NCBI GenBank assembly: GCA_041649715.1
Contig: JBAZMP010000001.1
Span: 210,741 to 274,740 of the forward strand
Reading direction: 5' to 3'
Length of the DNA: 64,000 nucleotides
Source of the DNA: Patescibacteria group bacterium
Lineage (GTDB): Bacteria > Patescibacteriota > Patescibacteriia > JAXHNJ01
In this document: one piece after another, positions 36,540 to 49,833 of the stretch
How positions within the stretch are numbered: position 1 is the stretch's first letter
Layout of the letters: every line of letters starts with the position of its first letter
Program-made: the position numbers and the translations under genes
Notes under the pieces: generated by a model
The model's database searches: none
Seen by the model: only the letters and a program-made list of their open reading frames with translations
Told to the model about the DNA's origin: nothing

Positions 36540-36959
36540 ATGCATATGAGCGAAGAAAAAGCGAAAAAACAGGGCAAGCCAAAAGTATTGCTGGTGGAGG
36601 ACGATACCTTCCTTTCCGGCATGTACGTGACAAAATTGGGTCTGGAAAATTTCGCCGTCAGTTTGGCCTCCGACGGGAAACAGGGTCTGAAAATGATAAA
36701 GGACGAACTGCCGGATTTGATCCTTCTAGACCTGGTTTTGCCGAAAATCAGTGGTTTTGACATTCTTAAGGAAATAAAAAAGGATAAAAAAACAAAGGAT
36801 ATTCCGGTTATTCTGCTGACTAATTTAGGCCAAAAAAAGGACGTGGAAAAGGGTTTTGCCTTGGGCGCCAACGATTATCTTATCAAGGCTCATTTCATGC
36901 CTTCCGAGGTGGTGGACAAGGTCAAGAATATGATGAACAAAAAATATGCAGGCGAGTGA
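36540..36959 (+). CDS. Stand-alone CheY-like response regulator receiver (PilH/PilG-like)
   Basis: 139 aa. EDD acidic pocket. Phospho-acceptor D in LILLDLVLP. Conserved T (LLTNLG) and K (YLIKA). Confidence 0.8.
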   Translation: MHMSEEKAKKQGKPKVLLVEDDTFLSGMYVTKLGLENFAVSLASDGKQGLKMIKDELPDLILLDLVLPKISGFDILKEIKKDKKTKDIPVILLTNLGQKKDVEKGFALGANDYLIKAHFMPSEVVDKVKNMMNKKYAGE

Positions 36960-38019
36960 AAAAATATTTATCGACAAGATCCTTGCTATCGGCGCAGAAT
37001 ACCGCGCCTCGGATTTTCATTTGTCAGTCGGCAACCCGCCGATCTTGAGAGTGGACGGCAAGCTTATCCCTTTGGTCAGCGAACCCTTGCTGACGGTTGA
37101 TTTTATGAAGAATTTTGTCAGTTCTATCCTGGACAAAGATCAGCAAGCGATCTTGGAAAAAGAAAAGGAAATCGTCTTTGCCTACACCATGGAAAATAAA
37201 GCGCGTTTTAAGATCGGCATTTTTTACCAAAAAGGAAATCTTGCCGCCTCCTTGCGTCTGATTGCCAACCAGATCAAATCATTGAAAGAACTGGGTCTGC
37301 CCGCCATTGTGGAAAAATTCGCGGAATTAGAAAAAGGCCTGGTCATTCTGTCCGGCCCTTTCGGTTCCGGCCGGACCGCCACTTTAGGGGCGCTGCTTAA
37401 TACAATCAACAGAAACCGGGCCGAGCACATCATTACTATTGAAAAACCGATTGAATATGTTTACCTGAATAATAAAAGCATTATTGAGCAGAGAGAAGTG
37501 GGCAAGGACACGATGTCTTTTGAGCAGGCTTTAGTTACCGCGGCCCATGAAGATTTCGATGTCATTTACGTTTCCGAAGTGGAAAGTCTGCCCGTGGCCG
37601 AGAACGTCCTCAACGCCGCCGAATCTTCCCGCCTGGTGCTGACCACCATGAACACGGATTCCGTCCTGCGCACCCTGGAAAAGATTATTTCTTTTTTTCC
37701 CGACCAGAGACAGGCTGAAGCGAGGGACCAATTAGCCAGCGTGATAGAGGGTGTCGTTTCCCAGCGGTTGTTGCCGCGGGTGGGGGGCGGCCGGATCGCC
37801 GTGGCGGAGGTCCTGATCCCTAATGATGCCGTGCGGTCAGTAATCCGCGAAGGGGCCATTTACCAAATAAATAATATTTTGCAGACTTCCCGCGAGGAAG
37901 GGATGATTTCTCTGGACCGTTCTCTGGCGGAATTATTGCGAACGGGAGAAATACTGGCTGACGATGCGCTGGCCAATGCCGTGGATAAACAGAGTTTGAG
38001 ATTAATGATGCGGCGGTAG
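36946..38019 (+). CDS. pilT: PilT-like retraction ATPase paralog with degenerate catalytic motifs
   Basis: 357 aa. PilT-like N-terminus (ASDFHLSVGNPPILRVDGKL). Walker A is GPFGSGRTATL (Lys to Arg). Asp box is DVIYVSEVES (GEMRD lost). His box is LVLTTMNTDS (His to Asn). Confidence 0.7.
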   Translation: MQASEKIFIDKILAIGAEYRASDFHLSVGNPPILRVDGKLIPLVSEPLLTVDFMKNFVSSILDKDQQAILEKEKEIVFAYTMENKARFKIGIFYQKGNLAASLRLIANQIKSLKELGLPAIVEKFAELEKGLVILSGPFGSGRTATLGALLNTINRNRAEHIITIEKPIEYVYLNNKSIIEQREVGKDTMSFEQALVTAAHEDFDVIYVSEVESLPVAENVLNAAESSRLVLTTMNTDSVLRTLEKIISFFPDQRQAEARDQLASVIEGVVSQRLLPRVGGGRIAVAEVLIPNDAVRSVIREGAIYQINNILQTSREEGMISLDRSLAELLRTGEILADDALANAVDKQSLRLMMRR

Positions 38020-38030
38020 GCGGGAGATTT

Positions 38031-38110
38031 TAAGATATTAAGTTGTTAGGTTGTTGAGAAATTGAGATATTCAGATATTGAGCGATTAAGATATAAAGTT
38101 ATTAAGATTC
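38031..38110. repeat. AT-rich intergenic repeat element, copy B, followed by nested palindromes (GATTCGAATC, TCGCGA) at 38104..38140
   Basis: GATATTAAG...GAGAAATTGAGATATTCAGATATTGAGCGATTAAG, related to 19331..19420. Confidence 0.45.
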
Positions 38111-38177
38111 GTAATTCGTGATTCGAATCGCGAATCCCTAGTTTCGAAATACATTATTAATAATAAATTAAAACATC

Positions 38178-39386
38178 GTGCCACTCTTCGAATATAAGGC
38201 CAAAAATAAATACGGCGGTTCCGTGACCGGTCGGATCGACGCTCCGAGCGAAAATGTCGCTCACGATATTTTGCGGGAAAAAGAGTTGATAATTCTTACT
38301 CTATCGGAAAAGCGGACCGTCACTTTGTTGCAGTCGACCTTTGGCTTCCTGAAAAGAGTGCCGCGCAAACAAGTGGTGCTGTTCTCCCGCCAGTTGGCCG
38401 TTTTGATTTCCGCGACGGTGCCCATCGTCCAGGCCTTGCGGATTTTGGTCAAGCAGCAGAAAAATATCAATTTCAAGATAATCCTTTCTGAGATCGCCGA
38501 CGAAGTGGACGGCGGCGCCCGGCTCTCCCAGACGCTGGGTCGCTACCCGCAGGTTTTCTCCGATTTTTTTGTCCATATGGTCCGTTCCGGAGAAACGACC
38601 GGCAAACTGGACGAGACCCTGAATTACCTGGCCGACCAGCAGGAGAAAGATTATGACCTGATGAGCAAAATAAAAGGGGCCATGATTTACCCCATTTTCA
38701 TTATTGGCGTGATCGGGGTGGTCGGAGTTTTGATGATGGTATTTGTCCTACCCAAGCTGACTGAAGTGCTAAAGGAGGGCGGAGCGCAACTCCCTCTTTC
38801 CACCCGGATCGTCATGGGCGCGAGCACTTTTATGCAGAAACAATGGTGGCTTTTGGTGATTATAGTCATCGGCATCGTTTTCGCCTATAACGCGATTAAT
38901 CGCAGTCAGGCTGGTCACCTGAAGATCGATATGTTAAAAATGCGGCTGCCGATTTTTGGCAGCATTTTCCAGAATATTTATATGGTCAGATTTTCCCGAA
39001 GCTTGGCCACCTTGCTGGTTTCCGGCGTCCCCCTCACCCGGTCTTTAGAGATCACCTCGGATATCATCGGCAACCGGGTTTATAAAAATCTGATCGAGGA
39101 AACGATCAAAGAAGTGGAGGCCGGTAAATCCATCGCCACGGTTTTCTTAAAAAGCAAAGCTATCCCCATTATGTTGCCGCACATGATGGCGATCGGCGAG
39201 CAGACCGGCAAACTGGACCTCATCTTGGATAAGATCTCCGGTTTTTACGCCCGCGAGCTGGAAACGACGGTGGAAAACCTGGTCAGCCTTATCCAGCCTT
39301 TGATCTTGGTCTTAATGGGTATCGCCGTGGCGGTAATAGTAATGGCGGTTTTATTGCCCATGTATAATCTTTCACAGGCTATTTAG
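38178..39386 (+). CDS. pilC: Type IV pilus inner-membrane platform protein PilC (GspF family)
   Basis: 402 aa. Two GspF repeats. Three TM blocks. Confidence 0.85.
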   Translation: MPLFEYKAKNKYGGSVTGRIDAPSENVAHDILREKELIILTLSEKRTVTLLQSTFGFLKRVPRKQVVLFSRQLAVLISATVPIVQALRILVKQQKNINFKIILSEIADEVDGGARLSQTLGRYPQVFSDFFVHMVRSGETTGKLDETLNYLADQQEKDYDLMSKIKGAMIYPIFIIGVIGVVGVLMMVFVLPKLTEVLKEGGAQLPLSTRIVMGASTFMQKQWWLLVIIVIGIVFAYNAINRSQAGHLKIDMLKMRLPIFGSIFQNIYMVRFSRSLATLLVSGVPLTRSLEITSDIIGNRVYKNLIEETIKEVEAGKSIATVFLKSKAIPIMLPHMMAIGEQTGKLDLILDKISGFYARELETTVENLVSLIQPLILVLMGIAVAVIVMAVLLPMYNLSQAI

Positions 39387-39431
39387 TCCTTTTCTTTTCC
39401 TTGATTTTATGCTATAATTATAATAAGAAGT

Positions 39432-39460
39432 TTGACAATAGATCTTTTTAATGTTAAAAT
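39432..39460 (+). promoter_or_regulatory. Sigma70-like promoter upstream of pilA
   Basis: TTGACA, 17-nt spacer, TAAAAT. About 105-nt leader. RBS AAGGAGGTG before pilA. Confidence 0.45.
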
Positions 39461-39567
39461 AATATCAAAATAACATTTAAAATTAGCCATTATTATGGTT
39501 ATCAGCCCAGTCGATTGCTGGTAACTCTCGTAAATGGCGCAAAGAACTTAAGGAAGGAGGTGAAAAA

Positions 39568-40095
39568 ATGAAAAATAAAAAAAGAGGCTTCACTTTGATT
39601 GAACTATTGGTCGTTATCGCCATTATCGGTATTTTGTCAGCCATCGGCTTGGTCGCCTTAAACGGCGCCCGGGAAAAGGCCAGAGACGCCCAGAGGCGGT
39701 CAGATATCGCCCAAACGAGGACCGCTCTGACTTTGTATTTTGACGACAATAGTTCAAAATATCCTGTTACCGTAGCTGGCTCCGGCACTCCCGATGTATC
39801 AGCTTATGGTACTACGGCGGCAACAGCCCTTGGAGTATGGGCATCAGGAGGTGCTTTAGTGACTGGTTATCTGGCTCAAGAGTTAAAAGCCCCCGGCTCT
39901 GAATTAGACCATGCCTATAAGTATGACAGTGCTTCTACTGCTCGGCTTGAATATTATTTATATACCGATTTGGAGGCAGGGGTTGGTACCCATGTTTATG
40001 CCATAAATGAGGACGGAACCGTCACGGATTACGCGGACAACATGACGACTGAACCTAATTGCGCGGTTGGCGCCTGCACCGCACCGGCGGCGTAA
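39568..40095 (+). CDS. pilA: Type IV major pilin PilA
   Basis: 175 aa. Class III signal [23 protein letters not shown]. Strong SD. Confidence 0.8.
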   Translation: MKNKKRGFTLIELLVVIAIIGILSAIGLVALNGAREKARDAQRRSDIAQTRTALTLYFDDNSSKYPVTVAGSGTPDVSAYGTTAATALGVWASGGALVTGYLAQELKAPGSELDHAYKYDSASTARLEYYLYTDLEAGVGTHVYAINEDGTVTDYADNMTTEPNCAVGACTAPAA

Positions 40096-40154
40096 ATTTA
40101 ATCGTCAGCAAATTATTATAAAACAAGAGAGTTCTTATTTAACATAGGACTCTT

Positions 40155-40793
40155 TTGTTTGTGTCTAACAAATGCTATAATTATCTTATGTGGCTGAAAA
40201 CTTTCTATTTTTTTGATGCGCGTTTTTTACTGGTCGTTTTTTGCCTGCTCGGTCTTTGGTTTTTTTGGCAGTACGTAAAATATAAGGAAATAAAAAGACA
40301 GGCCGTCATTTTCGCTTTTTTGATTTTTTTGGTTCTTTTTACTCTGTCGATTTTTTTGCCCGCCTGGCAAACCTACAAAAGTTTTGCGGCCAGCGACTTA
40401 AACCGGTATTACCTGCCTCCTTATTCAAATTATTATTATCAGATTCTGCAGCGCCAGCTGACCAATTATTTTTCCCATATCCTGGCCGCCCTGATCGCAG
40501 GCTTAATTTTTTGGCTGGTCAAGCGTTTGACCCATGGCCTGGTCATTGATCAGTCGGATGTCGGCCTGCTGGCCTTCGGCGCGCTAGTCGCCGGCTGGCC
40601 GAATCTGCTCATTTTTTTCGGCTTGGTGTTTCTTTTGGTCATTATCACCGGCCTTGTCCAGCTGGCTGTGATCAAAGAAAGATCTAACGCGCGTTTCATC
40701 ATCACCCCCTATCTGCCCGTCGCTTTGATTCTTACTTTATTTGTCGGCAACCATCTTTCTCTCTTGATCCATCTGGAAAAAATTCGATTTTAA
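40155..40793 (+). CDS. Hypothetical polytopic membrane protein
   Basis: 212 aa. At least five hydrophobic helices. Confidence 0.45.
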   Translation: MFVSNKCYNYLMWLKTFYFFDARFLLVVFCLLGLWFFWQYVKYKEIKRQAVIFAFLIFLVLFTLSIFLPAWQTYKSFAASDLNRYYLPPYSNYYYQILQRQLTNYFSHILAALIAGLIFWLVKRLTHGLVIDQSDVGLLAFGALVAGWPNLLIFFGLVFLLVIITGLVQLAVIKERSNARFIITPYLPVALILTLFVGNHLSLLIHLEKIRF

Positions 40794-40818
40794 GCCGTGT
40801 TTATGCTACAATTAATTT

Positions 40819-41229
40819 ATGGATCAAAAAGGCTTTAGTCTAAAAGAACTGCTTATCGTTATTTCCCTGGTTTTAGTGCTGATCGTTTTTGGGGTGGCCC
40901 TGATAAGCAGTGAAAGAGCCAAGGTGCGAGACGCCCGCCGGATGGCTGACCTGACCCAGGTGCGCTTCGGTTTTGAGGTCCTTTTTCAGGAGAAAAATTC
41001 ATACGCCGAGGCGGCGGCCGGCTGCAGCCAAGTGGGCAACCTGGTTTCTGCCTGTAGTTTAGGTGCCTATCTGGCCGATATCGCCTCCATCAAGGATCCC
41101 GGCCGGAGCCGCTATCAGGTGACCGTGGTGCCTAACGAGGAAAATTACGAAGTGACTTTCTTTCTGGAAAAGGGCTACGATAGCCTTAAGAAGGGCAAGC
41201 ATACCTTATCGGCGGTCGGCATCAGATAA
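40819..41229 (+). CDS. Pilin-like protein (degenerate prepilin signal)
   Basis: 136 aa. KGFSLKELLIVISLVLVLIVFGV. Confidence 0.55.
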   Translation: MDQKGFSLKELLIVISLVLVLIVFGVALISSERAKVRDARRMADLTQVRFGFEVLFQEKNSYAEAAAGCSQVGNLVSACSLGAYLADIASIKDPGRSRYQVTVVPNEENYEVTFFLEKGYDSLKKGKHTLSAVGIR

Positions 41230-41378
41230 ATTGCTTTCTCCTATTGGTTTTTTGTTCTTGTCTTTGCCTGGAATATCATTAAACAAGGCTGTTTTTTGGC
41301 AAAACCGGCTTTAAAAAGCCTATTTTTCGTTAACCAGACCTTAAGCCATAATCCGCTAATTCCTCCCTTTAATTTGGG

Positions 41379-42182
41379 GTGAGAATTTGTTATAATAAAC
41401 TCATCATGGAAACCATTTTTTCTTATATTCTAGTGGCTGTATTTGGCCTTATTATCGCCAGTTTCCTTAATGTCGTGATCTACCGCCTGCATGAGAAGAA
41501 ATCATTTATTAAGGGCCATTCTTATTGCCCCAAATGCCAGCACGCCCTGAAAGCGGCTGATCTGGTTCCCATTTTCAGCTTTATCCGGCTTAAGGGGCGC
41601 TGTCGCTATTGCCGTCAAAAAATCTCCTGGCAGTATCCACTGGGCGAAGCGCTGTTGGCCCTGGCCTTTTGCCTCTTGTTTTTTTACTTTAACTGGTCGT
41701 GGTCGTTCGTATTTTATCTGATCGATACCTGCTTTTTATTCATGATTTTCCTCTATGATCTTAAATACTTTCTTATCTTGGACCAGGTTAGCCTGCCGGC
41801 CATCGTTTGCGCTCTGATTTTCAGCATTATTATGGAAATGCCCCTCTTGGATCTTTTGCTTGGCGGTCTGATCGGCGGCGTTTTTTTCCTCGCCCAATAC
41901 GTGATTTCCCGCGGCCACTGGATCGGCGGGGGCGATATCCGTTTAGGCGTGCTGATGGGTTTTATTTTGGGCTGGGAGAAATTTTTAGTCGCTTTGTTCC
42001 TCGCCTATATCGCCGGTTCCCTTGTTTCACTTATTTTGATTATCGTGAAAAGAAGAAGCCTAAAAAGCCAGCTGGCCTTCGCGCCTTTTTTAGTGGCCAG
42101 TACCTTTATCACCCTTCTTTACGGCCAGCGGATTTTAGACTGGTATCTGGCGGGCAATTTAGTTAATTGGCTTCTTTATTAA
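41379..42182 (+). CDS. pilD: Prepilin peptidase PilD (A24 family)
   Basis: 267 aa. Tetracysteine CPKC...CRYC. Polytopic. Catalytic Asp-containing motifs. Confidence 0.85.
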   Translation: MRICYNKLIMETIFSYILVAVFGLIIASFLNVVIYRLHEKKSFIKGHSYCPKCQHALKAADLVPIFSFIRLKGRCRYCRQKISWQYPLGEALLALAFCLLFFYFNWSWSFVFYLIDTCFLFMIFLYDLKYFLILDQVSLPAIVCALIFSIIMEMPLLDLLLGGLIGGVFFLAQYVISRGHWIGGGDIRLGVLMGFILGWEKFLVALFLAYIAGSLVSLILIIVKRRSLKSQLAFAPFLVASTFITLLYGQRILDWYLAGNLVNWLLY

Positions 42183-42183
42183 T

Positions 42184-42789
42184 ATGAGAAACAAGGGTCT
42201 AAAAAACGGTTTTACGCTCATCGAAATATTGATTTCACTCGGCATATTTGCTTTGCTTTTGGGCATCATCGTGAACGGTTTTATGAGCACGAAAAAAATT
42301 GAGAACATAAAACAAGGGGCCTTGGAGCTCGTCACTAATATCCAGAAAGCTCAGAATTTGGCCCTGACCGGCATTTCCCACAATAATGCCGTGCCGGTCG
42401 GCGGATACGGGGTTCATCTTAATAATCTTGCCAGTCAATATAATATTTTCGCAGATTTTTATTCCTCAGACGCTAACTGTAATGCCTCACAGCTGGATGG
42501 AAAATCGGACGAGAAGTATAATTGCGCTAAGGAAGATTACGCTATTATTAACTTGCCGGCAGGCGTTAGCATCTGCAAAATCGGCTCGGGCGCCTCAAGC
42601 GCCCCCAGCCTCGACCTGGCTTTTAAGGCGCCGGAATACCGGCCGTATATCAACGGACTGCTGGGCGGAACAACGCAGATCATATTGAAAATGAACGACG
42701 CGAATGTTTGCCGGAAGGTGACCGTGCAGGACATTGCCGGCCGCGCCAGCGAGCAAGTTATTAAATGCACTGATGCGGGCTGCCCATAA
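42184..42789 (+). CDS. Minor pilin / pseudopilin
   Basis: 201 aa. KNGFTLIEILISLGIFALLLGII. Confidence 0.6.
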   Translation: MRNKGLKNGFTLIEILISLGIFALLLGIIVNGFMSTKKIENIKQGALELVTNIQKAQNLALTGISHNNAVPVGGYGVHLNNLASQYNIFADFYSSDANCNASQLDGKSDEKYNCAKEDYAIINLPAGVSICKIGSGASSAPSLDLAFKAPEYRPYINGLLGGTTQIILKMNDANVCRKVTVQDIAGRASEQVIKCTDAGCP

Positions 42790-42801
42790 TTTATTATTCT
42801 T

Positions 42802-43464
42802 ATGCTTGATTTTGGAAAAAACAATAAATTATCCGGCCAGTCTCTGATAGAGACTATTATTGCCATTGGCCTGGTGATGACGGTTGTTATCAGTTCGATA
42901 ACCATGGGTGTTTATGTTACCCGGCTAGGCCGCGGCAGCCAGAACAACCTGGTGGCCGTAAATCTGGCCCGCGAGGGGCTGGAAGTGGTCCGCAATATCC
43001 GTGACGGAAACTGGCTGAAAAAAAGCCAAGGGGTGGAATATCAAGCCGGGCCGCCGATAGTATATTATCAATGGGACACGGGTTTAGATGGCTGCAGTGG
43101 CGCTAATTATTGTCTTGTGCGACCGGAGTTTACCACCGTTGGCGGTTTTCTCGTTTTTGATAAATGGGCGTTGCATAAAATAGAAAGCCCCTATTGTTTA
43201 CCTCCAGATATACAAAATAATGCCTGCCGTTTAAAAAGAGCGGTAGGAGTCAACACTTTTACAATCGATGATTTTCACCTATATAATCACAGGGCCACTG
43301 TTGTTAATAGAAATATTGCCACTGATTTTTATCGTAGCATCGGCATTTCCGAGCGGGATTTAAGCGGCGGCCGCACGGTTAAAGCCACGGTTAAATGGAG
43401 GGAAAATAATATTGATAAAAAAATCATCCTGGAAGAATATTTAACTGATTGGCGCTATGAATAA
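42802..43464 (+). CDS. Minor pilin-like protein
   Basis: 220 aa. SGQSLIETIIAIGLVMTVVI prepilin-like N-terminus. Confidence 0.5.
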   Translation: MLDFGKNNKLSGQSLIETIIAIGLVMTVVISSITMGVYVTRLGRGSQNNLVAVNLAREGLEVVRNIRDGNWLKKSQGVEYQAGPPIVYYQWDTGLDGCSGANYCLVRPEFTTVGGFLVFDKWALHKIESPYCLPPDIQNNACRLKRAVGVNTFTIDDFHLYNHRATVVNRNIATDFYRSIGISERDLSGGRTVKATVKWRENNIDKKIILEEYLTDWRYE

Positions 43465-44170
43465 TATTTATCCCCTAAATAAAAAAGGCTTTACTCTGCT
43501 GGAATTGCTTGTTTCCGCCGCGATTTTTTCCATAGTCTTGGTGGTCGGGGTAGACTTGTTTTTTACCATCGTGAAAATCCAGAAAAGGACGAGTTACGTG
43601 CAGACGATCCAGGTAGACGCGAGAAATATCTTGGAAAATATGGCCCGAGTGACCAGGAACGGGGTCATTGACTACACGTATTACGCCGACCCCAAGGGTG
43701 ATGGTACTGATTCTACTCATAATAATGACAAGATAGAATTTAGCCAGCTTTACGATAAGACAAATAACAATAAAAAATTGGTGGTTCGCGACCAGGATAA
43801 TAACCAGTATTTTTTTCAAAGAGTGACGGTGACAGAGTCGGGCAAGGCGCGCGACGTGATCAAGGCTTGCACTTTTATGGTCAATGACGCCACTCAAGCA
43901 GCCGGCCGGTGCACAAACCCCGCTGATCCCAACTTAAACACGGCTTGGGAAATAGTTACGCCGAATAACGTGAAAGTGACTAATTTCCTGATTTTTGTCC
44001 AGCCGGGAGCAAACCCTTTTATTTTGGATAATAACAGCCTTACTTATTTGTCCAATGAACAGCCGCTGGTCACTATTGTCCTGCATACCGCTTCCACGGC
44101 CTCAGAAAAAAGCTATCAATTTAATTCATATCTGCAAACAACGGTTTCTTCACGCCTTTATTTAAGATAA
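43457..44170 (+). CDS. Minor pilin / pseudopilin
   Basis: 237 aa. KKGFTLLELLVSAAIFSIVLVVG. Start overlaps the previous gene by 8 nt. Confidence 0.6.
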   Translation: MNNIYPLNKKGFTLLELLVSAAIFSIVLVVGVDLFFTIVKIQKRTSYVQTIQVDARNILENMARVTRNGVIDYTYYADPKGDGTDSTHNNDKIEFSQLYDKTNNNKKLVVRDQDNNQYFFQRVTVTESGKARDVIKACTFMVNDATQAAGRCTNPADPNLNTAWEIVTPNNVKVTNFLIFVQPGANPFILDNNSLTYLSNEQPLVTIVLHTASTASEKSYQFNSYLQTTVSSRLYLR

Positions 44171-44175
44171 AATCT

Positions 44176-47054
<2,879 letters not shown>

Positions 47055-47057
47055 TAT

Positions 47058-47345
47058 ATGATTATTTCAAAGAAAGAAGTGGCGCATACCGCCGCCTTGT
47101 CTCGCCTGAAGTTAAGCGAAAAGGAAATAGAGAAATTTTCCCGGGAATTAACGGCTATTTTGGGTTATATCGGGAAGCTTAAGGAATTGGATACCGATAA
47201 AGTTGAGGCTGGCCTCAAGGCGTCAGGTTGGGAAAACAAGGTGCGGCCGGACAAAGTTCTGGCTTTTAAAGATGAAAAAAAAATACTCAAAAATGCCCCC
47301 AAGACCTCCACTAATTTTATCGAGGTAAAAGGAGTTTTTAAATAA
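47058..47345 (+). CDS. gatC: Glu/Asp-tRNA amidotransferase subunit C
   Basis: 95 aa. GatC-like sequence. Positioned before gatA. Confidence 0.8.
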   Translation: MIISKKEVAHTAALSRLKLSEKEIEKFSRELTAILGYIGKLKELDTDKVEAGLKASGWENKVRPDKVLAFKDEKKILKNAPKTSTNFIEVKGVFK

Positions 47346-47349
47346 AAAT

Positions 47350-48792
47350 ATGGATTTTGCCAAGCTTACCCTAAAAAAAGCCCACGCGGCCCTTAAAACC
47401 AGGGAGTTCTCCAGCGAGGAGTTAACGCGTTATTTTTTAGATATTATCGGAAAGTCGGACCCGAAAATACACGCCTACATCAGTCTTAATCAGGAAGCGG
47501 CCTTAAAAGAGGCGAAAGAGGCGGATAAAAAGATCAGAAAAAGCGGGAAAATAAATGTCTTAACAGGGTTGCCTTGCGCGATCAAGGATAATATCATGGT
47601 CGAGGGTTTGAAAACGACGGCCGGCTCGAGAATACTGGAAAATTATGTCGCTCCCTATGACGCGACCGTGATAAAAAAACTGAAAGACAAGGAGGCGGTA
47701 ATTTTAGGCAAGACAAATTTAGATGAATTTGCCATGGGTTCGTCTTGTGAAAATTCCGCTTTTTTCCCGACTAGAAATCCTCTGGATAAGACTCTGGTGC
47801 CCGGCGGTTCTTCCGGCGGCTCGGCGGCGGCCGTGGCTTCCGGAATGGCCCTATATGCCCTGGGTTCTGATACCGGCGGTTCTGTCCGTCAGCCAGCCGC
47901 CTTCTGCGGCTTAGTGGGCTTAAAGCCCACTTACGGCCGCGTCAGCCGCTACGGCTTAATCGCCTTGACTTCCTCTACGGATGTCATCGGCACCCTGACT
48001 AGGACCGTAGAAGACGCCGCTCTTGTCTTAGAGACTATCGCCGGAGACGACGCCTGTGATGCCACGACAAAAAAGATAAAGGCAGAAAATTACTCGGCTT
48101 TTATCGGTAAAGATTTAGGCCAGTTAAAAATCGGCCTGCCAAAGGAATGTTTTTCCGCGTCCGCCAGCAAAAATATCAAACAGGCGATAGAAAAAGTGGT
48201 GAAAAAAATGGCGGGCCGAAACATTGAAATAGTGGAGATTTCTTTGCCGCACACGGAATACGCGGTGGCCGACTATTATATCATTACTCCCTGCGAAGCT
48301 TCTTCTAATCTGGCCCGCTACGACGGAATAAAATACGGTTTGGCGGAAAATAAAAGCGATGATCTGCTTGAGACATACCTTAACACAAGGGAGCGGGGAT
48401 TCGGGGCGGAGCCGAAAAGGAGAATTATGCTCGGAAATTTTTCTCTTTCCGCCGGTTATTATGAGGCTTATTACCTTAAAGCGTCGAAGGTCCGCCGCCT
48501 GATTGCCCAGGATTTTAGTGAGGCTTTCAGAAAAGTTGATTATATTTTGACTCCGACCGCCCCCACTTTGCCTTTTAAATTAGGGGAAAAATTAAGCCCG
48601 CTTGCGATGTATCTATCCGATATATATCTTGTTGCCCCAAGCTTGGCCGGTCTGCCCGCCATAAGCCTGCCTTTTTATAACGAGGATAAATTGCCGCATT
48701 CTTTACAGCTGATCGGCAATTATTTCACGGAAAGCGGACTTTTGACGGCTGCCAATTTTCTGGAAAAAGAAATTCTTGCGGTCCGTTTTTAA
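47350..48792 (+). CDS. gatA: Glu/Asp-tRNA amidotransferase subunit A (amidase signature)
   Basis: 480 aa. GGSSGGSAAAVA amidase signature. Confidence 0.9.
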   Translation: MDFAKLTLKKAHAALKTREFSSEELTRYFLDIIGKSDPKIHAYISLNQEAALKEAKEADKKIRKSGKINVLTGLPCAIKDNIMVEGLKTTAGSRILENYVAPYDATVIKKLKDKEAVILGKTNLDEFAMGSSCENSAFFPTRNPLDKTLVPGGSSGGSAAAVASGMALYALGSDTGGSVRQPAAFCGLVGLKPTYGRVSRYGLIALTSSTDVIGTLTRTVEDAALVLETIAGDDACDATTKKIKAENYSAFIGKDLGQLKIGLPKECFSASASKNIKQAIEKVVKKMAGRNIEIVEISLPHTEYAVADYYIITPCEASSNLARYDGIKYGLAENKSDDLLETYLNTRERGFGAEPKRRIMLGNFSLSAGYYEAYYLKASKVRRLIAQDFSEAFRKVDYILTPTAPTLPFKLGEKLSPLAMYLSDIYLVAPSLAGLPAISLPFYNEDKLPHSLQLIGNYFTESGLLTAANFLEKEILAVRF

Positions 48793-48841
48793 TTATGATA
48801 TAATACAGGATGTTGAAATAATAAATATAACGGCATAAATT

Positions 48842-49222
48842 ATGGTTACGAAAAAAACGAAAGTTCTCATCATCGAAGACGAAAAAATGCTTTCCGAGAT
48901 GTACCGGACAAAATTTGAGATGGAGGGTTTTGAGGTGGCCCAGTCTTTTGACGGCAAGCAAGGATTGGATAAAGCCAGACAAATAAGCCCCGATATTATT
49001 TTGCTTGATATTATCTTGCCCAAGCTTGACGGTTTTCTCGTCCTTAAAGAGCTGAAACAGGATGCGCTCATGAAAAAAATACCGGTCTTGCTCTTAACTA
49101 ATCTCGGTCAGGATGATGATATCAAAAAAGGCAAGGCGCTGGGGGCCGACGGCTATTTTATAAAAGCGGATCACAGCCCGGCTGAGATCGTGGAAAAAGT
49201 AAGAGGGGAATTAAAAAAATAA
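48842..49222 (+). CDS. Stand-alone CheY-like response regulator receiver
   Basis: 126 aa. Paralog of 36540..36959. D in DIILLDIILP, T in LLTNLG, K in YFIKA. Confidence 0.8.
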   Translation: MVTKKTKVLIIEDEKMLSEMYRTKFEMEGFEVAQSFDGKQGLDKARQISPDIILLDIILPKLDGFLVLKELKQDALMKKIPVLLLTNLGQDDDIKKGKALGADGYFIKADHSPAEIVEKVRGELKK

Positions 49223-49225
49223 ATC

Positions 49226-49816
49226 ATGAAGAATTTACTGGAAAAGACCGTAGTTTTGGTCAAGCCAGACGGCGTGAAAAGAGGCCTGGTAGGGGAGATT
49301 TTGTCCCGTTTTGAACGCGCCGGCTTGAAAATCATCGCTTTAAAAATGGTCTGGATCAGCCGGAATATGGCCGCCAGGCATTATCCCAATTCACGGACGG
49401 AACTGCTCCGCGGCATGGGGTCCAAGACCCTGGAGACCTATAAAAAATACGGTTTAGATGCCGGAGAATCCTTAGGCACCATGGATCCCCTGAAAATCGG
49501 AAAAATGGTCAATGGCTGGAACATGGATTTTTTGACCTCCGGGCCGGTCGTGGCCATCCTTCTTAAGGGTTTGCACGCCATTGATAATGTCCGGATGATG
49601 GCGGGAAACACCTTGCCGACTTTTGCGCAGCCAGGCACTATCCGCGGCGATTATTCCGTGGACTCGCCGGCTTTGGCCAATAACCGCAAGCGGGCGGTGC
49701 ATAATATCATTCATGCTTCCGGCAACCCCGATGAGGCAAAATACGAAGAGCAGCTCTGGTTCAAAAAGCATGATATCCAGGATTATAAGCGGGCCGAAGA
49801 AGACGTGATGTTCTAA
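49226..49816 (+). CDS. ndk: Nucleoside diphosphate kinase (long form)
   Basis: 196 aa. EKTVVLVKPDGV. Active-site His in NIIHASGN. Confidence 0.8.
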   Translation: MKNLLEKTVVLVKPDGVKRGLVGEILSRFERAGLKIIALKMVWISRNMAARHYPNSRTELLRGMGSKTLETYKKYGLDAGESLGTMDPLKIGKMVNGWNMDFLTSGPVVAILLKGLHAIDNVRMMAGNTLPTFAQPGTIRGDYSVDSPALANNRKRAVHNIIHASGNPDEAKYEEQLWFKKHDIQDYKRAEEDVMF

Positions 49817-49833
49817 TGACACGTATTTAAAAC

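Noticed and set aside
40096-40160. Terminator after pilA
   Set aside because: The candidate stem (AGAGAGTTC / GGACTCTTT) is imperfect even with G-U pairs. It is left uncalled.
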